Source: Lama guanicoe
Lineage: Eukaryota
Assembly: GCA_013239625.1 (NCBI GenBank)
Contig: MU053184.1
Span: forward strand, 202,220 to 266,219
DNA: 64,000 nucleotides
Direction of reading: 5' to 3'
Made by a program: the position numbers and the translations under genes. The notes beneath the pieces were generated by a model that searched no databases, was not told the DNA's origin, and saw only the letters and a list, made by a program, of their open reading frames with translations. Within the stretch, counting starts at the first letter, position 1. The number at the start of each line of letters is the position of its first letter. Below, in pieces: positions 49,982 through 62,908 of the stretch.

Positions 49982-50090
49982 TATACGTGTGTGTATATGT
50001 ACATATATGTATGTGTATGTGTGTGTGTATATATATGTATGTGTATGTGTGTGTATATATATATATGTATGTGTATACATATATATATAT
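49982..50090. repeat. Compound (TA)n/(TG)n microsatellite
   Basis: Alternating purine-pyrimidine tract of ~110 bp. Confidence 0.95.
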
Positions 50091-51258
50091 AAAAAATAAA
50101 ATGGGTGAGAAAACTCATGTGTCCAGAGGTCTAATCAGATCCCAGTTAGGAGGTGGGTTTCACTGAGAAAGGAGAAGCCCTTTATTTGATGGAGTGGGGC
50201 ATTATGTGGAACCACATGGAATCCGCCTGTGGGATAGTGGAATGTTACTTAGGTCCTCACATCTCCGGAAAGACAAGATGGAGCTGAAGAGCACAGGAAT
50301 GGTTCAGGGGACAAGAGGCTGACTATAAATGGCACTCTGGTGTGGAAAGACTGAGGTGGAGAAGGGATGTGTCAGCTGCCTACAGGTGGATGAAGGCGTT
50401 GGAGCAGGTAGTGAGTATGTGTCCAACAAAGACTAGCTGTCTGCACCCAGGGGACCGTTCGTGAAATTTGTGAGGAGGGATCAAGGAATTAGAAGGGAAA
50501 GATGGAGAGGACGCGGAGAGGCAGGCTTAGAATCAAGAAAAGGAATGTTACTTGGAATGAGGCACCAAACTTACAGTGCTCATCATCCACAGATGGGGTA
50601 AAATTCCATACAAATGGTTCTCATCAAAATGTGGATGATGAGTCTCACGTGCTGTCAAGGAAGACCAGAGAGCCCTCCCACAGCTCCTTGTTCTGTTTCT
50701 TCCGTCTTTTGTCTGGGTCTCACTTAGTGGTCCTCTTGGTCTTCAGTGTTAGCCCTGAGCCCGGGGAGACTTCCCCAGACACCTCACTCTGATCCCCACA
50801 AAGCCTTTCACTTCTGACTCCTAAACCCCTCTCTAGTCAGCCCTGGCTTTCAGCCGTCATAGCCACTGCCTGTCTAAGACCCTAACTGAGATCAATTCAA
50901 TGGGAACCTAGGAGGATAGGGCAGGGTCTGAAGAATGGGCATTTTTTTTTCAAGTTAGCCTGCTTTAACTAACCAAACTATTTTCTCTCCTCCACATGTA
51001 CCTCAAATTCCTCTACGTGTCTACCTTTGATCCTACAGCTTCTTCTTGTTGAGTGCCCACATTTCCCATATCTGCATCTAAGTTCCTGTCATTTGTAAGA
51101 CCCAGTGCCGTTGCCACCTTCTGCAAAGTTTTCTCAATCTCTTCCCACCACTTTGGAAGAAATAACTTCTTAGAACCCCCGTCATACTTCCTTGTACCTT
51201 CTGTATAGTACTTATCACTTGGGACCCAGGATTTCAGGTGTAAATGTTCATATCTGTG

Positions 51259-51290
<32 letters not shown>

Positions 51291-51389
51291 TGAAGAATTC
51301 AAGAATCTCATGAATTTTTTGGTAGCCCTTGGTGTCAAAGAATAAAGTAATTTCTACATGGCAAACTGAAATCTGTGTGCCTTCCTGAT

Positions 51390-51555
51390 TCACTAATCTT
51401 CATCCTGTGTATCTGTACTATTATTAGCATCATCATCCCCATTGTACAGAGAAAGAAACAGGAGTGCTAAGCCAGGATTACAGCTACTATGTGGTTGAGT
51501 CAGGATTTGAACCCAGGCAGCCAGGTCCATATTCTTAACAGCTATGTTCTGCTGC
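51390..51555 (-). mobile_element. MIR SINE
   Basis: catccccattgtacagagaaagaaacagg...gagtcaggatttgaacccaggcag. Confidence 0.8.
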
Positions 51556-53084
51556 CTTTCAAATCAGTGAGTTAATGAGTAAGGGTGCATGAGTTAGTAT
51601 AGTATGCATTTTGGCAAGGTCCTTCACCACCGGACATCTGTCCAAAGCAGTAATTCTAGGGGTAGTAGGTTGACAGCAGGGCTGAGCTGGGGCCCTCAGC
51701 AGTGTTCACAGTTCTGTGTCCCCAGGGAACCCACCTGAACTTCCATCTGTCCTCTTCTCTCCTGGGCTCAGACCCTGGCTTTTCCTTTTTTCTGAAGAAC
51801 CCAGCATGCGTAGATAAGAGACAGCTCACTCCCACATCATCTGCCATGGAGTGTAGTAAGGGAAAAGATAGCACCGAATATGAGTGTGTTGGTGGGGAGA
51901 GATGTGTTGGTGGTTTCTACAGCTATCTCTGTAGTAAGTTTTTAAATTGAGAATGGGTTTGGGTATCTCTGTGCCCCTGCGCCCAGAGGTTTTGTATTTT
52001 ACCATCCCATGGGAGAGCTTCACAGGTGCGTGTGGGTATTTATCATGTGTCCAGGATGTTTTCTTGTGGCCATGTAAGGAACAGGGGGCAGTAGGGTGGG
52101 CTATGGGAGACAGTTGTGGTGATTGACTGTTCCCTCTTCTCTGTAGAAGGAAACACTGGAGACTGAGCAATAGGCAAGGGTCATCAAGAGGAGGCCAGAG
52201 AGGCACAGAAATGCTGCAGCCCAGACTGGCCAAAGGCTGAGGGTGTCCACCCTCACTGGAAATGAAGTTAGCAACAGCAGGATTTCACAGGCATGAAATC
52301 TTTTCTTTAAAGAAAGAAAGATAATTTAAATTTTGGGTTAAAATATAAAAACATGGCCACTTATCTTAAATAAAATCTGATCAGTTATTCCCACCTCTAT
52401 TCATTTGTTCATGCATCAAACATACGTATATTAGAGACCAGCTCTGCTTGAGTCCCTGGGCTGGGCACTGGTCCAGGGGAAACACGTTTAAAAAGCCAAC
52501 CCTGCCCTCAGAGAGACAGACTCATACACAGCAGACAGTAATAATATTTAAAGAAATCACTAGCTAGGCTGGAGAAGCAAGTATATAGGATAAAATGCTG
52601 GCCTTGTTTTTGTGTAATTTGATTAAAAATAGTATATCAAGTTGGATAATCTCTAAAATCATACAAACATGAAAAGAAGAGACATTTTGCCTTCCCTCCA
52701 GCACCTTCAGTTTTCTGTGTTCTTCAATAACTCCATTTTATGCATTTTTCGTTCTAGCTTTGTCAGGATAGAGTGTCCTCTCTTTTCCTTTGGGTAAATT
52801 ATGCTCCTTTCATTATACAGCACTCACTGGATTAGGACTCAACATTCAGGGGCATGTGTTCAACAGAAGGAAGTGCCTGGATCCTCTGTGGTCTGTCCTG
52901 ACTCCTGGCACATTACCAAGAGCCTCTTCTGTTCGCCTTTTTGTGGATTATTGGGTGGAGGTGGTCAGAAAGACAAGAAGGATGAGCTGAGAAGAGTGAG
53001 CTGCTAGGTGTCCCCCAGAGGAACCCTGGCAACATGGTTCGTTGGAGATGTGTCCTAGGCGAGCTCCGCTGTCCCCCCACCTTC

Positions 53085-53320
53085 TAGAGTGGAGAAAGTG
53101 CAGGTACAGAACTAGACCAGCCTGGCTTTGCAGACTGCCTGGTAGTTATGTAACTCTAGGAGAGTTACTCAACCCTTATAAGCCTCTGTTTTCTCATCTG
53201 TAAAATGGTGTTGAAAGTGATAGCCATGCAATAAGATTGCAGTGAAGACTAAATAGAAGAACTGGAGAATACATATGTATGAAACACCTGCTCAGTAGGT
53301 GGTGGCTAACGTGACTAGCT
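53085..53320 (+). mobile_element. MIR SINE
   Basis: agttactcaacccttataagcctctgttttctcatctgtaaaatgg. Confidence 0.8.
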
Positions 53321-55849
53321 GTTGTTCCACAATCTCTGTGAGCTGGGGTAGGACCTTAGTGAATGGCTCCAAGGACGAAGTATGTAGGTAGAGGCTGGAT
53401 TCTGTCAGTAAGGATCATGTTCCTTCCCTTTAGCCTCCTTATTGAGGTCAAGTCCAGAAGCACTGACTGAGGCCTGGCCTGGTTTGGGTACATGGTCCAG
53501 TCCACAGGTAGTCTTGCTATAAAGGGCTCCTGAGAACTGGCAACTGACAAGGAAGCCTCAGAAGGCAGGGACCCCCAATGTCAAGGCTGCCTCCACTATC
53601 TATCTGATTTTTCCTAACACTCCAGGATCAACCCACACCTATGCCCTGGTTACTGATAGTTGTGTCTGTACGTTATCATGCTGAAATTGGATAACCCTGG
53701 CCTAAAGTTGTGTCCTGATCTTTTTCTGTCATCTGGTTTCTCCCAGAGGGCTCCTTGGTGGACCACCCCCCAAACCCGAGACCCACATTGCCCACATTGA
53801 GACATGTTCCTGTGGTGGGCTGAGAGATTCTCCTTTGGCTTCCAGTCTGACTTCATCTTAAAAAGCCAGCAGAAGCTATTTCTGTAGACTCCACCTTCCC
53901 TTCAACCAACTTCTACTGAACAAAGGTTACAATATGGATAAAATAATCTTGACTTGGGTTGCAGATGTAGAAGTTCCTGGAATCTTGTGGGACATTCTGT
54001 TCTGCCAGCAGAATTCCAGAACAGCGTTAGAAGGACATCAACTCATTTGGGTTACTTGCTGGGACTTTTTGAAGTTAAGCAATCTTTAGCTAGCCTCTGT
54101 TTTATATTTGATTCTCAAAATCCAAATATAATACTCGGGAACATTGGGAGTGGAACTTCCTCCTCCCAAGCCAGATTGCGTTTTGCATAATTCTACCCTG
54201 CCTACTTAAATTACCTCTGATACCGCCTCTGGACGAGGAAGAGACTTGGATTTCTTTGGATGGAATGCTGAGTTGTATACTTACTCTTTCTTGTTACCCC
54301 ACAGTCTGTGATCAGACTCTGTTATTCAGGTGGGGGATTCTGTGTCAGACTAAGCTTGAAACTTCATTTTCACTCCATTTGCACAAATCTGTGAGGAGGA
54401 AGAAGTGATGGGGAGCCCTTCCTGGTGGCAAAGCTACAGCAAGCAATAAGTCACTGCCTTTGCCAGCAGCAAACCTGGAGGAGTGTGCTGCAGCCAGCCA
54501 GAAGTTAATCTCCTCCAGAAGAGCAAGATAAATGTGAAGGCAAATTGCCGGCCTGCTCCTCCTTCCTCTTCCAGGATGTGTCTCACACTGACCCTTGAGA
54601 TTGGTGAATAATAAATCTTTCAGGCTTGCCTCCTACTTCCTAAAGTTTTTAGATTATGGCTGACCCCTACCAGGGTATATTAGTAGGTGAGAAACCACAT
54701 GGCTTGGAAGGGGACAGGAGCACCATGCTCTGGACCTCCATTTTCAGCCATGTTCCTGCCACCTCCACTTGCTTGGAGATCAAGCTGCCACTCTGGCCTC
54801 ATAGCTGGTCCTGCCATCTTGGCACAGATATTCTCATGAGATTGTCTTGGAGTCACTGAAGGTAGGGAAGGTTGACATTCCACCATGCTATTGTGAGGAC
54901 CATCTACCATCTTTTCCCAGCTGGCTTTGCCATCTGACAAGCAAAATTGTTAATATTCATCCAATGCCCTCTACTTTGGTTTAAAGAACTGTTCTAGGTG
55001 GTTAGTGCTGATAAGTGAAGATATTCTTTCTGGCTGAAAGGCCCCTTGTTGTCAGAAGAACTACCCAGGTTTCCAGTGTGCTTTTCACATGCACTCTGTC
55101 ATTCAAGCAGGAAGCATTTAGTGAGCTCTTCCAGAGAGCCCAGCACTGCAACTGCAGCCAAAACTGAGAGTCCCACCCCAGAACGGCTTATGATGGAATT
55201 GCCGATTCTACATTGGACTTGGGTTTCAGTTCCAGATTGAGTTCTAGCGAAGTTGGAATGGAATGGAGAAAGTAATAAGAACCCTTACCTAGAAGCTTGG
55301 TCCTCACTCAGCTGCTCTCTAGATTGTGATCTAAGATGACTAGTGTGACCAGCCAGCCAGCTCCTCGGCTCTTGACCTCTGTTCCTTCAACGGGATGAGG
55401 AGGAGGTTGTCTTCATGCTACCAGTCTTCACTCTGTGTTCATGCTCGTCAAACGTGCAGTGAACCCAGACTTGTCTTGCATTGTCTGTGGTGCCGTAACT
55501 GTAGTGTGTGCTTTTCATTGTCTTCACTCACTTTCTGGGGAAGGGCTGCGCCTCAGACCTCCTGCTGTGGAGAAGGGGTGTTGGTGCTCCCTGATTCCTG
55601 TGGCATCCTTCAGTCCTGTGCTTTCCAGGCTGTCCTCTGTGGGCTAAAGGGCTGGTAGGGTTCCTTCAGGTAACTAACTCTGCTTCTGTTTTACATTCTG
55701 AGCCTCAGCTGAGCTTTGGTTTGAGAAAAGTGCTCCTCAATCAGATACCGAGCATCTGAAAATCTCTGGTTTTGATGTATTGCTCTTATGCTTAGCGCCC
55801 TTGCCTGGACCTGCTTCCTCTGCCTGCCCGCCACATTCTGGTGCATTCT

Positions 55850-56750
55850 CCAGGGTCTACCTTCTTCTTCTGCTCTTCTTACCTTCTCCTCAGGTGATTT
55901 TTTTCTAGGTTAGTCACTTCCCAGATACCACCACCAAGATGGAAGACTCGATTTCTCCCAAACGGAGCCATCGTCTTCCCCACCTCCACCCTTTACCTCT
56001 CAAACCTAGTCTCTCTTCCATATTCTCCATCTCTTGGGGTGGCACCATCAACCACATAGCCTCTTAACTTAGCAACTTGGGAGCTATCCTAGCTTCTGCC
56101 CTTCTTTACCCCATGCTACCACTGCAGCTGTTGGATATCTGTGGGATGTCTCCAAATCCTCTTCTTCCTGTTCAGGCTCTGACATTCCTTTTGCTGACAA
56201 AGTAATCTTTCCATAATAAAAATAGGATTGTGTCTGCTCTCTGCTTAGAACCCTGGCCCCAGTGCTGCATTTCCTGTTGGTGAGATCTAAACTCCTCAGC
56301 ACAGCCAAGTTCTTTGTGTTCTGGCCCCTTCTTGCCTCCTCTCGTCTTATTCCTCTTTGACCTAGCACTTGATGGTCCTGCATTGCCTAAGTTCTTGTGA
56401 TCCTTGAAATGCATCATGCTGTCAACACTTCTCACCTTTTCCACATGCTATTTCCTCTGCCTGGAACGCCCTTGCACCCTTGTTTACTTGGGAAATTGCT
56501 GTTCATCCTTCAAAGGGTGGGCTTAGTAGACAGCTTCAAAGACCCATCACAGACAGGGGTTGTCATTTCCTCCCCCGCATCCTGTACCTTTGCTGTATCA
56601 CTTGTCACAAAGTATATCAACTTGTTTGCATGCCTGCACTCTCCTCTAGACCACAAGTTTCTTAAAACAGGACTGTGCCTTTATCCATCTTTCTAACCCA
56701 TGTGCCTAGCTTGACGTCTGAGACATGGTTGATGCTCAGCTAAGCTGAAT
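55850..56750 (+). mobile_element. L2 LINE 3' region
   Basis: ggcaccatcaaccacatagcc...atgctatttcctctgcctggaacgccctt...ctagaccacaagtttcttaaaacaggactgtg. Confidence 0.8.
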
Positions 56751-58094
56751 TCTCATAGAAGGTAGCTGAGTGCCAAATTACCAAATTATAGGGTTCCTTA
56801 GTGATAAAGAGGTAACTCGCTTATTTTATGCTAAGTTGTCAAAATAGTCACAGGTTTTAAAACATCTAGTCATTATTCTGCCTCAAGAGGATAAAGCAAA
56901 TGGGAAACCAAAACTATCAAGAAAAGCATTTTGCATTAGGTGCCAATTAAAATACCTAGGTAAATAGTAGGAGAGACGCAGTGGGGGGTTTTAGTGTAAG
57001 TTCCTCAGGAAATATTTGTAGCTAATACTTTTAATTGATATTTTCCTGGAGCTGTGAATGTTCCATTGTGTGGCTGATTTGGTCCCATTTATTTTTACCT
57101 TTCTGCTGGCTTTATCTTTGCATAGATTATCTTCTGTGTTCCCATTTTAATTCTAGTTGCTCGTGATGTGCTACCAAAGTAAAGCAGTCGGGGTTCCTTT
57201 GGGATTTCATAGCCATTTGATTCAAAAATGTATTCTAGTGAAACCTTTTTAAACTATGGTGCTTAAAACCTTACGGATAATCAAATGAGATGAAGAAATG
57301 GTGCCCTCCAGGAAAACATATTTCAATTTGTACAGCATTTCCCTCAGATGTCCTAGGAGGAAAGGAGCTAGTTTCTGAGAAACTTACTAGCAGTGGGACA
57401 TGCTTTGAGTTCAAGGCAAGCCCCACTGAGCCCCTTCAAGGTGTGCGTCAGCACCTAGGCATTTGCATAAGCCGTGGTTCCTGGAGCTCCAAACCTTCCT
57501 GACTGAAGTCTCTCCCCTCTGCGCAAAAGATTTTCTCCAATAAGGAGTTTGCATCAGGAGGGAAGCTGAGGTTAGATTCTTACCTTGTCAGGTAAAGGCA
57601 GCTCCTTCCTTCTTAAGGTGAATGCAGCAGAAGCTGACTTGCAGTGAGGGAGCCCTGGGGTGGTTAACCCTCCTCCCGCCACCACAAATTTTGGAATGAT
57701 TTGATTTGGCATGGACAATTTCTTAATCATATATAAAGTGTGAATAGAGCTTCTTCAGGCAGTTTTGCTGTTTTTTTCTTTGATCTGTGTTAGGCAACCT
57801 GGAAAGAAACAATGGGTTTTTCATGATTTGCAGCATCAACATAAATCTCCAGACCCCTCTTCCATCCATTTTCCCACACTTACATAGTCCGTGGTATCCA
57901 GAAATTTTGAGCGCCCCCCCCCCGTGTGTTTCCTCAGCTGTTTAGAAAGCATGTTTCAAGATCTCTGCTGCACTTCAATTAAGGTCACATGTAAGGAGAG
58001 TCAGCCAGCGGTCACCTGAGTAGGGGCTTGGACTGCATATCCAGAGACCAGGCTGTGGGCTCCTTAAGTATACAGTGCCTCTCTGTACTGGTGT

Positions 58095-59172
58095 TTTGTT
58101 TTGGTTTTGTCTTTTTTTTTCTTAAGTCAAAGTTACTGAGTTTTGATTTACCTAGAATGAAACTCACTTCATTAGGTGGACAGTTCCATGAACGTTGACA
58201 GTATAAACAGCTATGCCACCACTTCCACCATCAAGATGTAGAATAGCTCTATCAGCCCAGACAGTTCTCTCTGACCTCTGTGTGGTCAGTCTTCTCCTCC
58301 TGTCTCAGCTCCTGGCAGCTACTGAACTCTCCTTACTCTGAGGGTTTTGCCACCTTCAGAATATCACATAAATGGAATCACAGAGCATTGAGACCTTTGA
58401 GTCTGGCTTCTTTCACTTTGCAAAATGATGAGATTTATGTATGTTGTTGCATCTATCAATAGTTTGTTCCCTTTTATTGCTGAGTAGTGTTTTATTATGT
58501 GAATGTTACAAAATTGCTTTTCCATTCACCAGTTGATGGACAATTGGATTGCTTTCATTTTTGGTAATTATAAATAACATTGCCATAAACATTTGCATAT
58601 AGGTTTTTATGTGAGCATAACTTTTCATGTCTCTTGGATGATAACTTAGGAACAGAATTACTGGTCATATGCTAAGTGTGTATTTAACTCTAGAATAAAC
58701 TACCAAACTGGTTTCCAGCATGACTGTGTGCTTCTGCGTTTCCACCAGCAATATATGAGAGTCTCATTTGGTCTGCATCCTCACTAGCATCTGGTATTAT
58801 CTTTTTTTAAAATTTGGATCCTCAGAATAGCATGTAGTGCTAGCTTGTGGTTTTAATTCCAATGACTAATGATGCTTGACATCTTTTCTTCTCTTATTTG
58901 CCATCCGTAATTCTTTCTTAGTGAAGCATCCATTCAAATCTTTTGTCCAGTTTTTTATTGGGTCATTTTTTCTTATTATTGAATTTTCGGTACTCTTTAC
59001 ATATTGTAAATACAAGTCCTTTATCAGATATGTTTATCAGTGTGTTGCAAATATTTTCTCCTAGTCTGTGGCTTGCTTTTTCATTTTTGTAAAAGTGGTT
59101 TTGAAACAGCAGACATTTTAAATTTGGATCAAGTCCAATTTATCAGTCTTTCATTTATGGTTGTTCATGGCT
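58095..59172 (-). mobile_element. L1 (L1MB/MC-like) 3' end
   Basis: T-rich tail; ccattcaccagttgatggaca..., aaactaccaaactggtttcca..., agtcctttatcagatatg. Confidence 0.9.
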
Positions 59173-59578
59173 AAATCATCAGTGCACTTGAAAAAAGGTA
59201 GTAGAGTAAGGGCTACAATATTTGTGGAAGAAAAAGAGGAGAAAACACTGAGTGAGACCTTGAGGCCTTACCTGGATTTCCACCTTCAATTACTTCCACT
59301 GTTGAAGTTACTATGTCCTTTCCCCCTAACCATTCTCTATCCTGAGCACATCTTCTCATCTCTCCTGGGTGCACCTCCACTTTGGCCACTCCCACTCTCT
59401 ACCTTGCCACAGTTGGGTGAGATCTGAGATGCAAAGTGCATCTGACACCTTTCCTTCCAGAATTTTAAGTCACATTAAAAATGCAGATTCTCTTCTAACA
59501 TGCTCCCCAAGTGAGGAAAGTGAGGTCTGGATTCTATACACACCTCTAAAAGACTCCGTATAATACTATGCTGTAAGC

Positions 59579-59678
59579 TTTTTTTTTTTTTCAATTGGAG
59601 GTACTAGGGACCAAACCTAGAACCTCGCACATGCTAAGATGCCAAGCATGCTCTCTACCACTGAGCTATATCCTCCCC
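59579..59678 (-). mobile_element. tRNA-Ala-derived SINE of camelid type with poly(A) tail
   Basis: Minus strand GGGGAGGATATAGCTCAGTGGTAGAGAGCATGCTTGGCATCTTAGCATGTGCGAGGTTCTAGGTTTGGTCCCTAGTACCTCCAATTG-A13. Confidence 0.85.
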
Positions 59679-59759
59679 TCTGGGAATTTGTTGATTATTG
59701 TCTTTCATGTAAACTCTTCTTTCTGGACTTTAAACATCTTCTTAATTGCCTCTACTTAT

Positions 59760-60740
59760 TTATCCAGCCGTGGCTGCCATGGCTGCATCCCAGCATGAAT
59801 CTCCAGTCCAGCCACATGAATTGCCTTACCATCGATGGACGTACCATAGTCTTTCTTGCACCCTTTGCAGAGGCTGTTTCCTATGCTTGGAATAGTTTTC
59901 CCTACCTTATCAGCCTGGAGAATTAGGACTCTTCCCTCAGGACCCCATGAAATCTTTCTGCCCCATCGACCAAATCTTCACCCAAGTCTTTGCTGGTCTT
60001 ACTCCATCCTCTGTGCTCCCCATGCTCTTTTGCACATGCCTCTGAGAGCACTTTTTATTCTGTGGTGACTGTTGAGCAATAGACATTCTCAGTTCCTCTA
60101 GACCATAGACTCCTTGAGGACAGGGACTTTACCTGATTTCTCTTTGCATTTCAAGTTTCAGGCAAACTCCCTGCCACACTGTAGGGGCTTAACCTGTCTT
60201 TGTTTAATGAAAAATTCCACCTGTGCCTTTTCTCTTTCTATTTCTCTGCCATGAAATGTTTCTCGAATCTTCCTTCTACCAACTCAAATCCCACCGGTCC
60301 TTCCAGGTCTAGTTTGAAGTTTGTCTTCTCTGTGAAGCCTTCCCTTCTCACTCTAGATTTCGTTCAACTCTCCTTCTAGCTCTTGAGATGCTCTAAGTAT
60401 CTTATCACTTAGCCTGTCTCTTAATCACACAGTGCACTGCTTCCCACTATTGCTTTTGTTTCTTTTGTAGTTGTACTGCTTTTATAGCCTGGCCAGAAGG
60501 TATGGAAGGCAGGGGCTTTGCTTTAAACTTCTTTGTGTCCCCCAAAATGGTATAACATTATCTTTCCCAACTCCTGGCTGAGACTTGGTCAGACCTTCAG
60601 AAATGACCCTGGTATTTTCTGCGCCCCATTGTGTGCTACGTAGAGTTCTGTTCTGCAACTCTGACACTTCATTGAACCTAATGATGTACCCATCTGTCTT
60701 CTCATGACACACTGTGAACTCCTCCAAGGCAGGGAGCAAA
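59760..60740 (+). mobile_element. L2 fragments
   Basis: tagaccatagactccttgaggacagggact; ctgtgaactcctccaaggcaggg. Confidence 0.65.
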
Positions 60741-60810
60741 GCACAGACTTTAGACTCAGACAAGCCCAGAGATCAAATTCCAGCTCCTCTACTCACTAGC
60801 TGAATGAAGT
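60740..60810 (+). mobile_element. MIR SINE 5' piece (continues at 61403-61455 and 62909-63000)
   Basis: gactttagactcagacaagcccagagatcaaattccagctcctctactcactagctg. Confidence 0.75.
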
Positions 60811-61397
60811 TTAGTTAGTAAGGACCAACAACACTGGCTGCAGTAACAACTCCATAATCTCAGTGCCTTAACATCCTAAGGTTTATTTCTCTGTTATGTC
60901 AGTCAGATGTGGGTCTGTAGGGCATGGCAGGAGTTTCTGCTCCCAGCGGGCTTTCAGGAACTCAGTGATACCTCCATCTTAAAGCATGGATCGTCGCCAC
61001 CAAATGGAGGAGCAAGCATGGAGCGTAATGCAGGGGATTTTATTGCCTGGCCTGGAAGTTACAGATGTACCACTTTCGCTCATATCCCATCAGCGAGAAC
61101 TCAGCCATATGGCCCCAGGGAACCTGCGAAATGTGTTCTTCTCATGTCTCCAGGAGAAAAATGAAACAGGTTTATGTCACATATGTAGTTGACCCTTGAA
61201 CAATGCAGGTTTGAACTGTATGCGTCCACTTAGCATGGGTATTTTTCAGTAGTAAATACTACAATACTGCATGGTCTGTGCTTGGTTGAACCCACGGAGG
61301 CAGAGGAACCTCAGATACAGAGGGTTGTCTATAAATTATATGTAGATTAACCCCCACGTCGTTCAAGAGTCAGCTATTTAGTGTCATATCTGTCACA
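60811..61397 (-). mobile_element. MaLR solo LTR (MLT1K/L-like) carrying a Tigger2 MITE
   Basis: ggctgcagtaacaac...aatctcagtgccttaaca...ggcctggaagt...; flanked by GAAGT/GAAGT. Confidence 0.8.
61186..61376. mobile_element. Tigger2-derived MITE (Tigger2a-type)
   Basis: agttgacccttgaacaa...gttcaagagtcagct TIRs; opposite orientation to the copy at 44604. Confidence 0.9.
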
Positions 61398-61457
61398 GAA
61401 GTGGAAGGAGTCCCTTAACTTCTCAGCCTCCTTTTCCTCATTGGCAAAATGGAATTA

Positions 61458-62418
61458 CAGTTGACCCTTGAACAACAGGGGTTTGAACTGTGGGTCCACT
61501 TAAATGTGATTTTTTTCAATAAATATATTAGAAACATTTTTGGAGATTTGCCACAGTTTGAAAAAAAAACTCACAGATGAACCACATAACCTAGAAATAT
61601 TGGAAAAATTTGGATACAGTATGCCATGAGTGCATAAAACATGTAGATACCAGTCTATCCTTACATAGGCATGAAGTGAGTGATATTTAATACGAAATTA
61701 ATAATGTGTTAATTTTCTTACTGTTTTATAACTTTGCTTTCAAAGAATTACATTACTGTACAGTGTGCCTCCCTCATAATTGGAGAAACTGCTTATCAGC
61801 TCTCATCACTGGTGTTTTTTTTTAACATAACCATGTTTCCAACACTTTATCATTAATATGACTATAATCTTGTATGCCACAAAATTTTATCTTGATTCAT
61901 TTATTAGTGTAGAGGCTAGGTTCCTGTGAAGCAATTGTATTGAAGACTCTAGGCTACCAGAAAGCAGTCACACTGCTGCTTCTTTGTTACCAGTGCATGA
62001 ATACCTGGAAATAAAAATGAATCTCTTTTTCACATTATCTTTTCACTGTTGATGCCTAGTGTTAGTGTTATGTGTAACATCTGCAGTGTTTCGTATCATA
62101 ATATGATAATACTGATGTAGGTACTGATTCATCTTATAAATAGACAATGTAAACTTACAGTACTGAGAAATATGGTGCAGTACTGTAAATGTATTCTGTC
62201 TTCCTTATGGTTTTCTTGCTTACTTTATTGTAAGAATACAGTTATAATACATGTAGCATATACAATATGTGTTCATTGATCGTTTGTTATTGGTAAAGCT
62301 TCCAGTCAACAGCAGGCTGTCAGTAGTTAAGTTTTGAGGAATTCAAAAGTTATACACGGATTTTTGGCTGTGCAGGGGGTTGGCATCCCTTGCCCCTGCA
62401 TTTTTCAAGGGTCACCTG
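61458..62418. mobile_element. Internally deleted Tigger2 (Tigger2b-like) DNA transposon
   Basis: TA|cagttgacccttgaacaacagggg...ttcaagggtcacctg|TG. Confidence 0.9.
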
Positions 62419-62908
62419 TGTATTAGTTAGGGTTAGGTTTTGGTTGTGTATAATAAAAAGCCTAAGATTAGGCTGCTTAAACAAGTTTTTTTCCCCCACA
62501 AAGAATGTTCAGACTGGGTGGTCCAGCAGTGGTATAGTAACTCCACAAAATGGCCACGGACTCTAAATCCTCACAGCTTTCTGCTTGACCATGTCTCAGC
62601 TGTCCTTATGGTTCCAAATAGAAATGAGACCTCCAGCTTATGCATGTTGTAAGAAGCAGGATGGAGGAAGGAGTCAAAAAAGGGCATGTCCCCTCTCTTT
62701 AAGAAAACTTCCTAGAAGACTTCTGTGACTACTCTGCTTATGTTTAATTGGCCAGATTTAGTTATATAACCACCCGTATGCGTAAGAGTATCTGGGAAAG
62801 ATATTTAGCTGACTGGGCAAAAATATGTGCAGTTGGAACTCAAGTTTTTATTTCTAAATGGAAAAGCAGAATGGATATTGAGGTAGGCAGCTAGCATTCT
62901 ATGCCTCA
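62419..62908 (-). mobile_element. MaLR solo LTR (MLT1J-like)
   Basis: tgtattagttagg...attggccaga...ctgggaaa...gaatggatattgaggtaggcagctagca...gcctca. Confidence 0.8.

Noticed and set aside
49673..50080. 135-aa ORF with a YTH-rich N-terminus
   Set aside because: Translation of a (TA/CA)n microsatellite
59579..59678. tRNA-Ala gene
   Set aside because: Poly(A) tail, broken B-box and internal duplication mark it as a SINE
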